Shown here piece by piece: positions 25,987-38,600 of a DNA stretch of 64,000 nucleotides. Each line of letters begins with the position of its first letter. Position 1 is the first letter of the stretch. The position numbers and the translations under genes were made by a program. The notes beneath the pieces are model-generated. The model was not told the DNA's origin, searched no databases, and worked only from the letters and a program-made list of their open reading frames with translations. Source of the DNA: an uncultured Oscillospiraceae bacterium (GTDB lineage: Bacteria > Bacillota > Clostridia > Christensenellales > Aristaeellaceae); the NCBI GenBank assembly GCA_964459985.1, contig CAYWOS010000007.1, positions 17,920-81,919 on the forward strand, read 5' to 3'.

Positions 25987-26931
25987 ATGGATGTGACAAG
26001 AGAAGCACTGAACAGCCGGGCGCGGCTGGCCAAGCTCGGACGCATGGATAAAACGCAGGAATTTCTCATGCTCTTGCCGATGTCCATCGGTTTCGCGCTG
26101 TTCGTTCTGTACCCGATCGTCTGGGTGATCCGGTGGGCGTGGTTCGAGTACGACGGCTACACGACGCCCGTGTTTATCGGCATGGAAAACTTTATCCGCG
26201 CCTTCTCGCGCGATCCCGCGTTCTGGGCGTCCCTCAAAAACACGCTGTTCATCGCCGTTGTGAAACTGGTGATCGAGATTCCCCTCGCCATGCTGCTGGC
26301 GGCGTTCCTGACGGGGAAAACCAAGTGCAGCACGACCTTCAGGGTTTCCTATTTCCTGCCGTCGGTATTGAGCGTCGCGGTGGTCGGTCTGATCTTCTCC
26401 ATCATGTTCAGCTCGTACAACGGCATCGTCAACGCCATGCTCCGAAGTCTGGGCTTTATCCGAAAGAACATCAACTTCCTCGGCAGGAAAAACAACGCCT
26501 TCATCGTGATCATTCTCGTATCCCTGTGGACGTCCTTCGGGCTCAACATGATCTACTTCATCATGGGATATCAGAACATTCCCAAGAGCCTGTACGAGTG
26601 CGCCTCCATCGACGGCGCCAACTCCGCGCAGCAATTCCTGCACATCACGCTGCCGCTGGTCGCCCCCGTGCTGCAGCTGGTGATCATGCTCAGCTTTCTT
26701 GGCACGCTGCGCATGACCGATTTAATCCTCGTGCTGACAAACGGCGCGCCGGGCGGCAGCACCGAGGTGGTCATGACGTATATCTTCAAATACTTCTTCC
26801 AGTACGGCGAGGCGCAGACGCGGACGCAGTTCGGCTACGCGTCGTCGCTGGCGGTCATCACCGCGATTATACTGGCCGGCGTCACGCTGATCTATCTGCG
26901 CATGTCCAAACGAATGAAAGAAATCCAGTGA
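25987..26931 (+). CDS. sugar ABC transporter permease (MalF-like)
   Basis: 314 aa. EAA-like loop ECASIDGANSAQQFLHITLPL. The start could instead be the internal ATG near 26044. Confidence 0.8.
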   Translation: MDVTREALNSRARLAKLGRMDKTQEFLMLLPMSIGFALFVLYPIVWVIRWAWFEYDGYTTPVFIGMENFIRAFSRDPAFWASLKNTLFIAVVKLVIEIPLAMLLAAFLTGKTKCSTTFRVSYFLPSVLSVAVVGLIFSIMFSSYNGIVNAMLRSLGFIRKNINFLGRKNNAFIVIILVSLWTSFGLNMIYFIMGYQNIPKSLYECASIDGANSAQQFLHITLPLVAPVLQLVIMLSFLGTLRMTDLILVLTNGAPGGSTEVVMTYIFKYFFQYGEAQTRTQFGYASSLAVITAIILAGVTLIYLRMSKRMKEIQ

Positions 26932-26948
26932 TCGGAGGAGAATGAAGC

Positions 26949-27797
26949 ATGCAGAAAGTATCAATCGTCCTTCTCCGCGTCCTGATGTATACGTTTTTGT
27001 CCGTCATGCTGGTGTTCGCGCTGTTTCCCGTCGTGTATATCCTGTTGTCCTCGTTCAAGACGAACGCGGACATTCTGGTCGGCGGCACCAACATCATCCC
27101 GTCCTCATGGCATATTGAAAACTACGCGCAGGCGTGGCAGCTCGCCAATTTCGGCACGCTGACCATGAACAGCGTAATCTACACGTTTTTTATCGTGCTG
27201 GGCTGCATCGGCACGAGCACGATCGCGGGCTATGTCTTTTCGCGCGGGAAAACGCGCTTTACCAAGGTCATGAACAAAATGGTGCTGTTCTCGATGTTCA
27301 TATCGATCGGCACGCTGGCGCTCTATCCGCAGCTTCGCGTAGCCAAGGCGATCGGCTTGAGCGGCACGCTGCTGGGGCCCATTCTCATCCGCGTGCTGGG
27401 CATGAACGCCACGCAGGTGTTCATCGCCACGGGCAACGTGGAGCAGATCCCGCGCGAACTGGACGAGGCCGCCAAAATAGACGGCTGCGGGTTCTTCACC
27501 ACCTTCGTGCGCATCGTGTTTCCTCTGCTCAAGCCGCTCATCGCGACCATCGGCCTGCTGGCGTTCCGCATGGCATGGAGCGATTACCTGCTGCCGTATG
27601 TGTTCACCATCTCCAAGCGCAGCATGTGGACGCTGGTCGTGGGGCTTGTCAACCTGAAATCCGGCGGCGAATCCGCCTCGTCCTGGAATCTGATGTTCGC
27701 GGGCATCGGGATCTCGATATTGCCCATGACCGTCGTGTATCTGATTCTGAATAAATTCTTCATCGCCGGATTGACCGACGGCGCCGTAAAAGGCTGA
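26949..27797 (+). CDS. sugar ABC transporter permease (MalG-like)
   Basis: 282 aa. GGAGGAG RBS. EAA-like loop DEAAKIDGCGFFTTFVRIVFPLLKP. Confidence 0.85.
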   Translation: MQKVSIVLLRVLMYTFLSVMLVFALFPVVYILLSSFKTNADILVGGTNIIPSSWHIENYAQAWQLANFGTLTMNSVIYTFFIVLGCIGTSTIAGYVFSRGKTRFTKVMNKMVLFSMFISIGTLALYPQLRVAKAIGLSGTLLGPILIRVLGMNATQVFIATGNVEQIPRELDEAAKIDGCGFFTTFVRIVFPLLKPLIATIGLLAFRMAWSDYLLPYVFTISKRSMWTLVVGLVNLKSGGESASSWNLMFAGIGISILPMTVVYLILNKFFIAGLTDGAVKG

Positions 27798-27815
27798 TCA
27801 CAAGGAGGAAATCAA

Positions 27816-29252
27816 ATGAAAACGTATCGCGAGGAACTGAACACGCCGATTGAAAGCGGGTACGACGTTATTGTCGCCGGCGGCGGCTCGGCAGGCTTCG
27901 GCGCGGCGCTGAACGCGGCGCGCAACGGCGCGAAAACGCTGCTGATCGAGCGCGAGTACATGATCGGCGGCATCATGACGGCCGGCCTGATGGCAAAAAT
28001 CGCCATCGAGCCGTTTATGACGGGCATCCCGACCGAGTTCCTGATGCGGCTGGGCAAAGAAAAAATGGCCATCCCCTACGAATCCTTCCCTGCGCCGTGG
28101 CCGCCCTCCGAAATGGTGGAGGTGCCGGTCGACGCCGAAACAAGCAAGCTGGTGGCGGAAGATATGCTCACCGAGGCGGGCGCCGTCCTTCTGTACGGCA
28201 CGACCGTCGTGGGCGCGGTCCGGGAGGGCGACAGGGTCACGGGCGTGATCGTCGAGAATAAGAGCGGCCGCAGCGTGATCCCCGGCAAGGTATTCATCGA
28301 CGCGAGCGGCGACGGCGACCTGTGCGCCTACGCGGGCGCCGAGTTCGAGTTCGGCGTCGGCGGCAACGGCATCTGCTCCGCCTCCAACATGCTCAGCCGC
28401 ATCGCGGGCGTCAACCTCGCGGAAACGTTCGACTATCTCGAGGCGCATCCCGGCGAAATCACGCATCGCAACCGCCGCGGCGAGCCGTCCGATTTCCTGA
28501 CGGCGGACATCCTGCGCGCCTACGCGCTGTGCGAACATCCGCAGTTTATTCAGGTGGGCGGCTTCAACGAAACCGTCGCGCGCGTGATGGACGATCCCGC
28601 CGTCAGCGACTGGGAGAAAAACGTGCTCAAGCTGCGCGGCGGCGTGCACTTTATGAACACGCCGATCCGGGATCAGGTGCTGATCAACGCCGGGCGTTAT
28701 CAGGGGCTGAACGGGCTGAACGCCTACGCGATCTCCGAGGCCATCGTCGAATGCCGCCGGCAGAACTGGTGCGTGTTCAAATTCCTCAAAAAGTACATCC
28801 CGGGCTTTGAAAACGCGACGCTCGCCGAAACGGGCGCGATTCTGGGCATCCGCGAAACGCGCAGGGTGAAGTGCGATTACTGGCACACGATCGAGGATTT
28901 CAAGAACAGGGCGCGCTTTGACGACGCGATCCTGCGCAGCGACGACAGCGTGGAATTCCATAATCCGTCGGGCGCGGGCATTCATTTCGAATTGTACACA
29001 AAGGGCGAATACGAGGAAATTTCGTACCGCAGCATACTGGTCAAGGGACTTGACAACCTGATGGTGGCGGGTCGCTGCTGGTCGGCCGATCAGCTGGCGC
29101 TGTCCGCCAACCGCAACATCGGTTTCTGCATCGGCATGGGTCAGGCGGCGGGCATGGCGGCGGCCATGGCGGTCAAGGGCGGCGTCGACATCCGCGGCAT
29201 CGACGTCAAGGCGCTGCAAAAGGCCGTTTATCCCCTGAAGGAACAGGCGTAA
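27816..29252 (+). CDS. FAD-dependent oxidoreductase (FAD_oxidored / pfam12831-like), cytoplasmic
   Basis: 478 aa. Dinucleotide-binding N-terminus YDVIVAGGGSAGFGAALNAARNG. DASGDGDL motif. C-terminal GRCWSAD...GQAAGMAAA. Confidence 0.75.
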   Translation: MKTYREELNTPIESGYDVIVAGGGSAGFGAALNAARNGAKTLLIEREYMIGGIMTAGLMAKIAIEPFMTGIPTEFLMRLGKEKMAIPYESFPAPWPPSEMVEVPVDAETSKLVAEDMLTEAGAVLLYGTTVVGAVREGDRVTGVIVENKSGRSVIPGKVFIDASGDGDLCAYAGAEFEFGVGGNGICSASNMLSRIAGVNLAETFDYLEAHPGEITHRNRRGEPSDFLTADILRAYALCEHPQFIQVGGFNETVARVMDDPAVSDWEKNVLKLRGGVHFMNTPIRDQVLINAGRYQGLNGLNAYAISEAIVECRRQNWCVFKFLKKYIPGFENATLAETGAILGIRETRRVKCDYWHTIEDFKNRARFDDAILRSDDSVEFHNPSGAGIHFELYTKGEYEEISYRSILVKGLDNLMVAGRCWSADQLALSANRNIGFCIGMGQAAGMAAAMAVKGGVDIRGIDVKALQKAVYPLKEQA

Positions 29253-29265
29253 AAACAAACCGAAC

Positions 29266-29311
29266 AAAACGTCCGGCCCCTGCGAGACGATCGCAAGAGC
29301 CGGACGTTTTT
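29266..29311. terminator. bidirectional rho-independent terminator between convergent genes
   Basis: AAAACGTCCGGC (29266-29277) pairs with GCCGGACGTTTT (29299-29310). Inner TGCGA/TCGCA pairing. A-run and T-run on the two sides. Confidence 0.6.
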
Positions 29312-29336
29312 CATGCGGCGGGCGTCCTTTCGGGCG

Positions 29337-31331
29337 TTACGGGCGCCAAAGCCCCTTGGACGCCTCCGAAGCGTCGGCAAAGGGGCCGGGCAAAGGCCTG
29401 TCGCCGCGCCGCTCGCCGAAGTAATCGGTATCGAACACGATCGGCGTGCCGTCCGGGTTCTCAAAGCGCTGCTCCGGCTCGAAGGCTTTGCCCAGCGTGT
29501 CGCTGTCGATCAGGCGGGCGCGAAAATCGCCGAGCAGATCGTACAGATCGGTTTTCAGGAAATACGCGCCGTCCTTCTCCGTCCATTCGATCTTCGCGTC
29601 CTTTTCGGCGACGAGCATTTCCTTTTCGTGTTTGCACACGGTCGCGCCGTTCAGGTAAACGTTGCCCTCCACCCACACGGGCAAATGCCCGAAGTGATAG
29701 GGCGCCAGCGCGCCCATATTCGGCTCGCTGTCCATCATGAAATGCGAAAGCCATTCGTCGTAGGTCGGGAAGATATCAAAGGGCGCGGTGCCGACGACCT
29801 CGTAATCGGCGTTCATCGGCGTCCTGTTCGGATCGGTCACGGGGTAATGCTGCACGAAGATATTGTTGTAGATGCGGTCGTCGCCGTGCAGGATGGTCAT
29901 GAAGCCCGCGACCTCGGTGCGGTGACGGATGTGATAGGGCGTGTAGCGCGGCTCGCGCTGACCGTTGACGACGCTGTCCACGCCCGCGTTGATAAGCGAG
30001 AACGAGCCGAGCATCAGGTTATGAACGCAGGCGATGCCTTGACTGGGCATAACGACGGAGACCTTGGACAGAAGAATATTGTCGTCAACCAGCGACGGGC
30101 CGTGGCTGACCTCGATGAACACGTCGCAGTTGAACATCGCGCCCTTCGCCTGCGGCACGCCCTCGGGGCGGTGGTTGTCATGCATCAGATTGCGGGAAAT
30201 GCGCGTGCCCTGCGCCTGCCAGTCGCACCACACGCCCATGATGCAGTGATGGATGTGGTTGCGGCGAATGGTCACGTCGATGGCGGCGTGCAGTTTGATG
30301 CCCGCCGTTTCCGCGCCGCCGAGCTGCTGCGAATTGCAGATGTGATGGATATGGCAGTCCTCGATCACGGAAAACACGCCGCCCATGCGCCCCACGATGC
30401 CCGTCTGTTCGCAGTGGTGGACTTCGCACCGGCGGATGATGTGTCCGCCGACGTTTTCCTTGAGCCAGCCGTGATATTGCCCCCGGCACACGGCGTCGCG
30501 CTCCATCTGCGTGGGGCTTTTGACGTGCTTGGTGTAGAAATACATGTCGTTCTCGGGATCGCGGTATTTGCCCAGCGAGATGCCGCAGCACCGGCTGTTG
30601 CACACCTCGCAGTCCTCGATGATCCAGCCCCGGCTCCAGTGCGGGCCGATCATGCCGTCCTGATACGCCGCCGGCGGCGCCCACGTCGTCGCCGCCTTGT
30701 CGATCTTAAAGCCCGAAACCGTGATGTATCCCACGCCCGTTTTGTCGGGCATGAAGCAGTTGCGGCGCACGGCGATCTCGACGTTCTCGGCGTTGGGGTT
30801 CTTGCCGTGGAAATTGGCGTACAGAACCGTTTCGCCGCCGTCCTGCTCGGTGTACCATTGATAGGTCGATTCCTCCCGGTTCCACGCGCAGGGATCGGGC
30901 GCGCCCTCGGCGCATTCCTCGAGCGATACGGTTTCATACATCATCCGGTCGTTCAGATACACCGCGCCCGTGTGCCGCACGGTCGGCGCGAAGTACCAGT
31001 CGCCGCAGACGTAGGTGGTGTAGGGATTGTATTCGCCGAACACCGCGTTATCCACACGCGCCGTCCACACGTCGCCCTTGAAAAGCGTCCAGCCCGTCAG
31101 TTTTTCCGCGCCCGTGATGACCGCGCCGAGCGGCGTTTCGGAGCGATAGGTAATCCGCCTGTTCTCCTCGCCCGCGTTGATCGGGTTGACGTATTCCCGG
31201 TACACGCCCGGGCGCACGATAATCTCGTCCCCCGCGACCGCGACGCGCGCGGCGTCGCCGATGCGCGCAAAGGGCGCGTCCATGCTTCCGTCGCCAAAGG
31301 GTTTCGCGTTCGCGCCGACATAGTAAATCAT
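29337..31331 (-). CDS. cytoplasmic right-handed parallel beta-helix glycosidase, GH120-like, paralogue 2
   Basis: Track ORF trimmed to the ATG at 31331 (MIYYVGANA), preceded by AGGGGGA. This aligns with the start of paralogue 1 (MIYCVDGTA). Same motif set: WAPPAA, GIKLHAAID, WCDWQAQGTR, FIEVSHGP, AGFMTILHGDDRIYNNIF. Confidence 0.6.
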   Translation of the reverse strand: MIYYVGANAKPFGDGSMDAPFARIGDAARVAVAGDEIIVRPGVYREYVNPINAGEENRRITYRSETPLGAVITGAEKLTGWTLFKGDVWTARVDNAVFGEYNPYTTYVCGDWYFAPTVRHTGAVYLNDRMMYETVSLEECAEGAPDPCAWNREESTYQWYTEQDGGETVLYANFHGKNPNAENVEIAVRRNCFMPDKTGVGYITVSGFKIDKAATTWAPPAAYQDGMIGPHWSRGWIIEDCEVCNSRCCGISLGKYRDPENDMYFYTKHVKSPTQMERDAVCRGQYHGWLKENVGGHIIRRCEVHHCEQTGIVGRMGGVFSVIEDCHIHHICNSQQLGGAETAGIKLHAAIDVTIRRNHIHHCIMGVWCDWQAQGTRISRNLMHDNHRPEGVPQAKGAMFNCDVFIEVSHGPSLVDDNILLSKVSVVMPSQGIACVHNLMLGSFSLINAGVDSVVNGQREPRYTPYHIRHRTEVAGFMTILHGDDRIYNNIFVQHYPVTDPNRTPMNADYEVVGTAPFDIFPTYDEWLSHFMMDSEPNMGALAPYHFGHLPVWVEGNVYLNGATVCKHEKEMLVAEKDAKIEWTEKDGAYFLKTDLYDLLGDFRARLIDSDTLGKAFEPEQRFENPDGTPIVFDTDYFGERRGDRPLPGPFADASEASKGLWRP

Positions 31332-31371
31332 CCGATGAATCCCCCTCATATTCGTCATATTCCGAAACGCT

Positions 31372-32452
<1,081 letters not shown>

Positions 32453-32460
<8 letters not shown>

Positions 32461-34171
32461 TCTCCTTCACGCGCGTTTTCTTGCTGGTGCCGAAGTACTT
32501 AAGCCCCAGATTCATCAGGAGGATCGCCGCGTACACAATGGCGATCAGAATGGTCGCGTAGGCGCACGCCACGCCGTAATACCCCTTCTCGGCAAACTCG
32601 TTGATCTGGCAGGTAATCAGCAGATACCGCGGCGTGACCAATAGGATGATGGCGCTGATGGCGGTGATGGAGCGCACGAAGGTCGTGACCAGCCCGCTGA
32701 AGAAGGAATCCTTGATGAGCGGCAGCGTGACGGTAGCGAACACCTTGCCGCTCCCCGCGCCCAGATCGTACGCCGATTCCTCGATGGATTTATCGATCTG
32801 CCGGAGCGCCGAAATGCCGCTCCGCGTACCGACGGGCAGCGAGCGCACGATGAACACGATGACCAGGATCGCGCCCGTGCCGTACAGCCCCTGCATGATC
32901 CCCGTGCGGAACAGCCCGTTGGCGAAACCCCGGATATAGCCGATGCCGAGCACCGTGCCGGGCACCGCCATCGCCAGAATGGACACGAACTCGATCAGCC
33001 CGCGCGTGCGGAAGCGCTTTTTCACCACCAGATAGGAGATGATCATGGAAAACAGCGCCGTGATCGGCGAGGCGATCAGCGATAGAACGAACGAATCGCG
33101 GAACGCCTTGAACCCGCTGTATTTGAACACGTAATCGAACCATTTGAGGCTGAGCGAATAATCGCGCCCCCACAGCTTGAACAGCGCGCCGAAGGGAATG
33201 GACACGTACATGAGCAAAACGAACGCCGACAGCGCCGCGCACAGCACGGTCAGCGGGACGCGCACCGAGCGGTCGGAGATGGGCGCGCGCGCGCGCGACG
33301 CCTTGCCCGTCAGCGTGGCGGCGGTTTTCTTTTCAAGATAATACTTCTGCACGATGAACAGCCCGAACGTCAGCGCCAACAGCACCACCGCCATCGCCGC
33401 CGCGCCGGTGGTATCGTACGCGCCGGTGACCTGCAGATAAATCGTGGTCGCCAGCGTATCGAAGCTGCCGCCGATGATCATGGGGTTGGCGAAATCGGCG
33501 ACCGATTCGATGAACGTCACCAGAAACGCGTTGCCCAGCCCGGGCAGCATGAGCGGCAGCGTCACGGTCGCGAACACCTTAAAGCGCGACGCGCCGATAT
33601 CGCGCGCCGCCTCCTCCATCGAAGGATCGATGTTCTTGAGCAGCCCCTTGAGCATCAGATAGCACACGGGGAAGAACGTGAGCGTCTGCACGATCACGAT
33701 GCCCCACAGCCCGTAGATATCGCTGTCGAAGATACCCAGCAGCGTGCGCGTGATCAGCCCGCTCCGCCCGAACAAAAGGATCATGGACAAAGACAGCACG
33801 AAGGGCGGCGACACGACGGGCAGCACGGACACGACGTCGAACATCTTTTTAAGCGCCCGGCTGCGCACGCGCACATAGCAGTCCACATACGCGAACAAAA
33901 GGCCGATCAGCGTGGACAGAAAGCCGGTGATCATGCCCAGCACCAGCGTGTTCCCCAGCGCGCCGCGAAAGCGCGATAATCCCAGCACGCGCGAGAACAC
34001 CGAGAGCGTCAGTCCCTGCTCGGCGTCGTACACGCTGTCGGTCAGGAGCATCGCCAGAGGATACAGAATAAACAGGGACAAAAGGATCAGCAGCACGATG
34101 ATCGTGCCGATCAGCACGGGATCGCCCAGGAGCTTTTTCCTGTCGAGCCGCGCGCTCCTCGCCGTCGTCAC
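32453..34171 (-). CDS. fused two-domain ABC permease (FbpB/AfuB-like)
   Basis: 572 aa with two EAA loops: MEEAARDIGASRFKVFATVTLP and IEESAYDLGAGSGKVFATVTLP. Confidence 0.8.
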
Positions 34172-34267
34172 AGGGATTCCCCCTTTAGCCGTCAGACTGA
34201 TAAGCGGTCGTACAGAATAATGGGTGGGACGCCTTGCGCCGCCCCACCCATTGCCCGCGATTGCAGA

Positions 34268-35338
34268 TTATTCGGTCTTGAAGCGATCGTCCTTCTCGAC
34301 GGCCGCGAAGAAGTCCTCGACGTACTTGGAGGTGTTCTGCTTGGCGTCCTCAAAGTCGTAATCGATCACGTTCTCGGGATCGAGGCCGTATTCGGTCGCT
34401 TCCTTGGGCTGCTCGGCGTTGTCGATGACGAGGAACTGGAAGGATTCGTTTTCCTTGGCGATGTTCACGCATTCGGGCGACAGCGCGTACTCGATCCACA
34501 GTTTGGCGGCGTTCATGTGCTTGGCGCCCTTGAAGATGGCGGTCGCGCCGATTTCATAGCTCGTGCCGCTCGCCGGGATGACCAGCGCGATGTTGTCGTA
34601 GCCCATGAGGATCTGGGTGATGCCGTCATGCAGGAAGCCCACGCCGATCACGCACTCGCCGATGCCGACCTTCTTGGAGGGGCCGGAGCCGGACTTGGTG
34701 TACTGCGCGATATTGCCGTTGAGCGCCTTGAAGTACTCCATCGCGGCGTCGTGACCCTTCATCTGCACCATGGTGTTGATGACGAGCTTCGCCGTGCCGG
34801 CGGTGTTGGGGTTGGACAGCCAGATCAGGCCCTTGTACTCGGGCTTGAGCAGATCGTCCCAATCCTTGGGTGCTTCGAGGTTCAGGCGCTTGAGCTCCTC
34901 GGTGTTGACCATGAAGCCCAGAATGCCCTTGTAAATGCCGTACCAGCAGCCGTCGGCGTCGCGGTACTTGGCGTCGAGCAGATGCGCGGCGTTCTTCGCC
35001 TCGTACGCCTCGAGCAGGCCGGCGGCGGCGCTCTCGTTATACGGATCGGTCGTGCCGCCGAACCACACGTCGGCGGAGGGGTTGCCGTTCTCTTCCTTGA
35101 TCTTGGAAGCCACCTCGCCGGTGGACAGGCGCTGATAGCTCACCTTGATGCCGTAGATTTTCTCGAAGTTCTGGCAGGCGGCGGAGAGGTACGCTTCCTC
35201 GCAGGAGCCGTACACCGTCAGTTCGCCTTCCGCTTTCGCGGCGGCAACCAGATCGGCGTCGATGGTCTCGGCCAGCGAAACCCCCGTCAGGGACAGGAGC
35301 ATCGCCAGTGCCAGCAGGGTGCAGAGCAGTTTCTTCAT
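34268..35338 (-). CDS. Fe3+/AfuA-type periplasmic-binding-protein homologue (ligand unknown)
   Basis: Track ORF trimmed to the ATG at 35338 (MKKLLCTLLALAMLLSLTGVSLA), preceded by GAAGGAGAA. Family-1 SBP adjacent to an FbpBC-type permease and ATPase. Confidence 0.75.
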   Translation of the reverse strand: MKKLLCTLLALAMLLSLTGVSLAETIDADLVAAAKAEGELTVYGSCEEAYLSAACQNFEKIYGIKVSYQRLSTGEVASKIKEENGNPSADVWFGGTTDPYNESAAAGLLEAYEAKNAAHLLDAKYRDADGCWYGIYKGILGFMVNTEELKRLNLEAPKDWDDLLKPEYKGLIWLSNPNTAGTAKLVINTMVQMKGHDAAMEYFKALNGNIAQYTKSGSGPSKKVGIGECVIGVGFLHDGITQILMGYDNIALVIPASGTSYEIGATAIFKGAKHMNAAKLWIEYALSPECVNIAKENESFQFLVIDNAEQPKEATEYGLDPENVIDYDFEDAKQNTSKYVEDFFAAVEKDDRFKTE

Positions 35339-35413
35339 ATGGTTTTCTCCTTCAACGATATTCCCGATCGCCGCCGTTCCGTCGTACAGAACAGACAAAC
35401 GATCCATGCGATT

Positions 35414-35442
35414 ATTATACAGTTTGTTGAAGATGCTGTCAA
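35414..35442 (-). promoter_or_regulatory. perfect-consensus sigma-A promoter (TTGACA-17-TATAAT) for the Fe3+-type ABC operon
   Basis: Minus-strand TTGACA (35442-35437), 17-nt spacer, TATAAT (35419-35414). Confidence 0.55.
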
Positions 35443-35508
35443 TACCCATCGCGCCGCGCGGCGGGCGCGCGTGAAATGACGATTCATCGGACGCCGCGCC
35501 GAATTGGG

Positions 35509-35537
35509 TTGCGCGTTGCGTATATTTGTGATAAAAT
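35509..35537 (+). promoter_or_regulatory. candidate promoter for the c-di-GMP protein gene (TTGCGC-17-TGaTAAAAT)
   Basis: -35 at 35509-35514, extended -10 TG at 35529-35530, -10 TAAAAT at 35532-35537. The ~145-nt leader contains a 12-bp stem (ACGGCCG/GCGCC ... GGCGC/GGCCGT). Confidence 0.35.
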
Positions 35538-35684
35538 AACGGTATCAACTGCGATAAACGGCCGGTGCGCCCCGTCCCGAAAGAGAAGCGGCGCGGCCGT
35601 CCAAATCATTCGGATACGGCGTTTACAAACGACGATTGCTCACCGGCTTGATATCGGGCGCGCGAGGGGACGGAGGGACAGACG

Positions 35685-38600
35685 ATGCGGCGAACCATTT
35701 TGATCGTTGACGACAACCGGATCAACCGCGTATTATTGAAAAAAACGCTGGAAAGCGATTACAGCGTACTGGAGGCGGAAAACGGCGAGGAAGCGCTCGC
35801 GCTGATCCGCCGCGAGCACGCGCGCCTTTCCGCCGTGCTGCTGGACATCGTCATGCCGCGCATGGACGGTTACGAGGTTCTGCGGGCGATCCGGGACGAC
35901 GTGCTGCTCTCCTCCATTCCCGTCATCATGGTCACGGGTTCGGAGGACGAAAAATCGCGGGTCAAGGCGCTGTCCTTCGGGGCGAACGATTTTATTCTCA
36001 AGCCCTTCAGCCCGGACATCGTCCGGCATTGCCTCAAAAACAACATCGCGCTGCGCGAAACGGCGTCCTCGCTGAACGCCTTCCAGCGCGACAAGCTGAC
36101 CGGGCTGTACAACCGCGAGGCGTTCTTTGAAAAGGTCACGGCGGCGGTCCGGGAGCGCGAGCCGGGCTACTACATTCTTTCCTGTTTTGATATCGACAAC
36201 TTCAAGCTCATCAACGATCAGTTCGGCGCGGCGGAGGGCGACCGCATTCTCCGCGAGATCGGGCGCGTCATGAGCGAGGATATGAAAAAGCTCGGCGGTA
36301 TCGGCGGCCGGATCGCGGCGGATAACTTTTCCTGCCTGTTCCCGGCCGCGAACAGCGATATGTCCATCACGCGCTTTATCCGGCAGGACCGCATGACGTT
36401 TTCGGAAAAGCAGGCGATCACGCTCAGCGTGGGGCGGTATATCGTCGTCGATCCTTCGCTGCCCGCCAGCGCGCTGTACGACAGGGCGTACATCGCCAAG
36501 CAGTCGATCAAGGGGCGCTACGACGAGCATATCGCGTATTTCGACGACGCCATGCTCGAAAAGCTGCTGCGCGATCAGCAGATCATCGCCGATATGGACG
36601 AGGCGATCGCCGGGCATCAGTTCGAGGTGTGGTACCAGCCGCAGGGCAACCACGCCACCGGCGCGCTGGTGGGCGCCGAGGCGCTCGTGCGCTGGCGGCA
36701 CCCGCGGCACGGCCTGATCCCGCCGGACAACTTCATCCCCCTGTTCGAGCAGAACGGCTTCGTATACGAATTGGACAAGTACGTCTGGCGGAGCGTTTGC
36801 GGCAGCTTACGAAAATGGATTGACGAGGGGCGCAATCCCCTGCCCGTGTCGGTCAATCTGTCCCGATACGACGTGTTCCGCCCCGATCTGCTCGGCGTAC
36901 TGACGGGGCTGCTCAAGGAATACGATCTCCCCATCGGCCTTCTGCGTCTGGAGATTACCGAATCCGCCTTCGCGCAGTCCGCCGACGTGATCGTCAGCGT
37001 CGTGAAACGGCTGATCGAGGAAGGCTTCACCGTCGAGATCGACGATTTCGGGAGCGGGTATTCCTCGCTCAACACGCTCAAAAACGTGCCCGCGCAGATC
37101 GTCAAGCTCGACATGCGCTTTCTGGAGAGCGACGACGACACCGGGCGCGGCGGGAACATTCTGGAATCCATCGTCCGCATGACCAAATGGCTGGGCATGT
37201 CGACCATCGCGGAGGGCGTCGAGGAAAGGTCGCAGGCGGACTATCTGCTGTCGGTCGGCTGCAACTACATTCAGGGCTATCTGTACGCCAGACCCATGCC
37301 CGTCGAAGCGTATGAGGCGTACTGCCTCAAGACCGGCAAGGAGGAGCGCCTGATCACCGTCGAATCGGTCGAGCATCTGGACAGCAATTCCTTCTGGGAC
37401 CCCAAAAGCATGGACACGCTTATCTTCAACAGCTTTGTCGGCAGCGCGTGCATACTGGAATATCACAACGACTCGATCGAACTGGTGCGCGTGACGGAAA
37501 AATACATCGAGGCCATCGGCAGCGCCTCCATGAGCGCCGGGGACGCGCTGAAGCTCGATTGGTACGCGCACATGAACGCCGAAAGCGCCGCGCGCATCAT
37601 CGCCGATCTTCGCCGGTCGATCGACAAAAAAACCGAGGTCACGGGCGAGTACGTGTTCCTCGATCTGCCCGGCTGTCCGCATGAGACGCACCTGCGCTCC
37701 ACATTGCGGGTAATCGCCTCGACCGGCGGGCGGCATCTGGTCTACTGCACCAACGAAAACATCACGGCGCAGCGCGAGGCCGAGCAAAAAGAAAGGAACA
37801 CCGCGCGCGAACTGGCGCAGATGATTCAGGACATGCCCGGCGGTTACGTCAAAATGCGCATCACGCCGGACGGCGTGATTCCCGTGTTCGTCAACGACGA
37901 ATTGTGCCGCATCTGCGGCATGACCCACGATCAGGTTATGTCCATCTACGCGGCGGACGCCTATGCCGGCGTGCATCCGGACGATCTCAAGCCCGTCCGG
38001 GAGGCGGTCGCGCGCACGGCGGACAACCGCTCCACCGTATCGCTGCGCGTGCGGCTGCGCAACGGACAGGGCGATTACACAAGCGTGCAGGTTTTCTACC
38101 GCGTGAGCGAGGACGCCGACGGCGCGCTCATCCTGAACGGCTATTACGCCGACGCAAGCGAGCAGATCAAGGACGAAAACAAGCAAAAAGCGCTGCTGGA
38201 CAACCTGCCCAGCGGCGCGGGCGTGTACGAGTTCAGGGACGGCGCCATGCGCCTGATCTATCAGAACAAGAGCTATTGGGATCTCGTCGGCTTGAGCGAG
38301 GAGAAATACCTCGATTCCGCGCCCATGTCCGCCATTCATCCCGACGATCTTCCGTCGGTCATGCGCGAATTGAGCGCGGCGGTCGCCGAGCAAAGGGACG
38401 TATCGTGCAGCATCCGTCTGCGCCACCTGACGCTCGGCTTCCGTCCCGTCCATCTGGCGGGCAGGATCGTGCGCGCAAAAGACGACGCGCTCCTGATCTA
38501 CGCCACCTTCACGCCGATATCCAGCGAGGAATTGGCGTACAGGGAAATGCTGCCCATGGCGCTGTCCGCGGAGCAGATGATCGAGGATATGCCGGGCGGC

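Noticed and set aside
35538-35684. The structured leader upstream of the c-di-GMP protein gene as a c-di-GMP or other riboswitch.
   Set aside because: Only a generic GC stem is visible. I could not match conserved riboswitch cores by eye, and there is no terminator or anti-terminator pair. A covariance-model (Rfam) search is needed before any claim.
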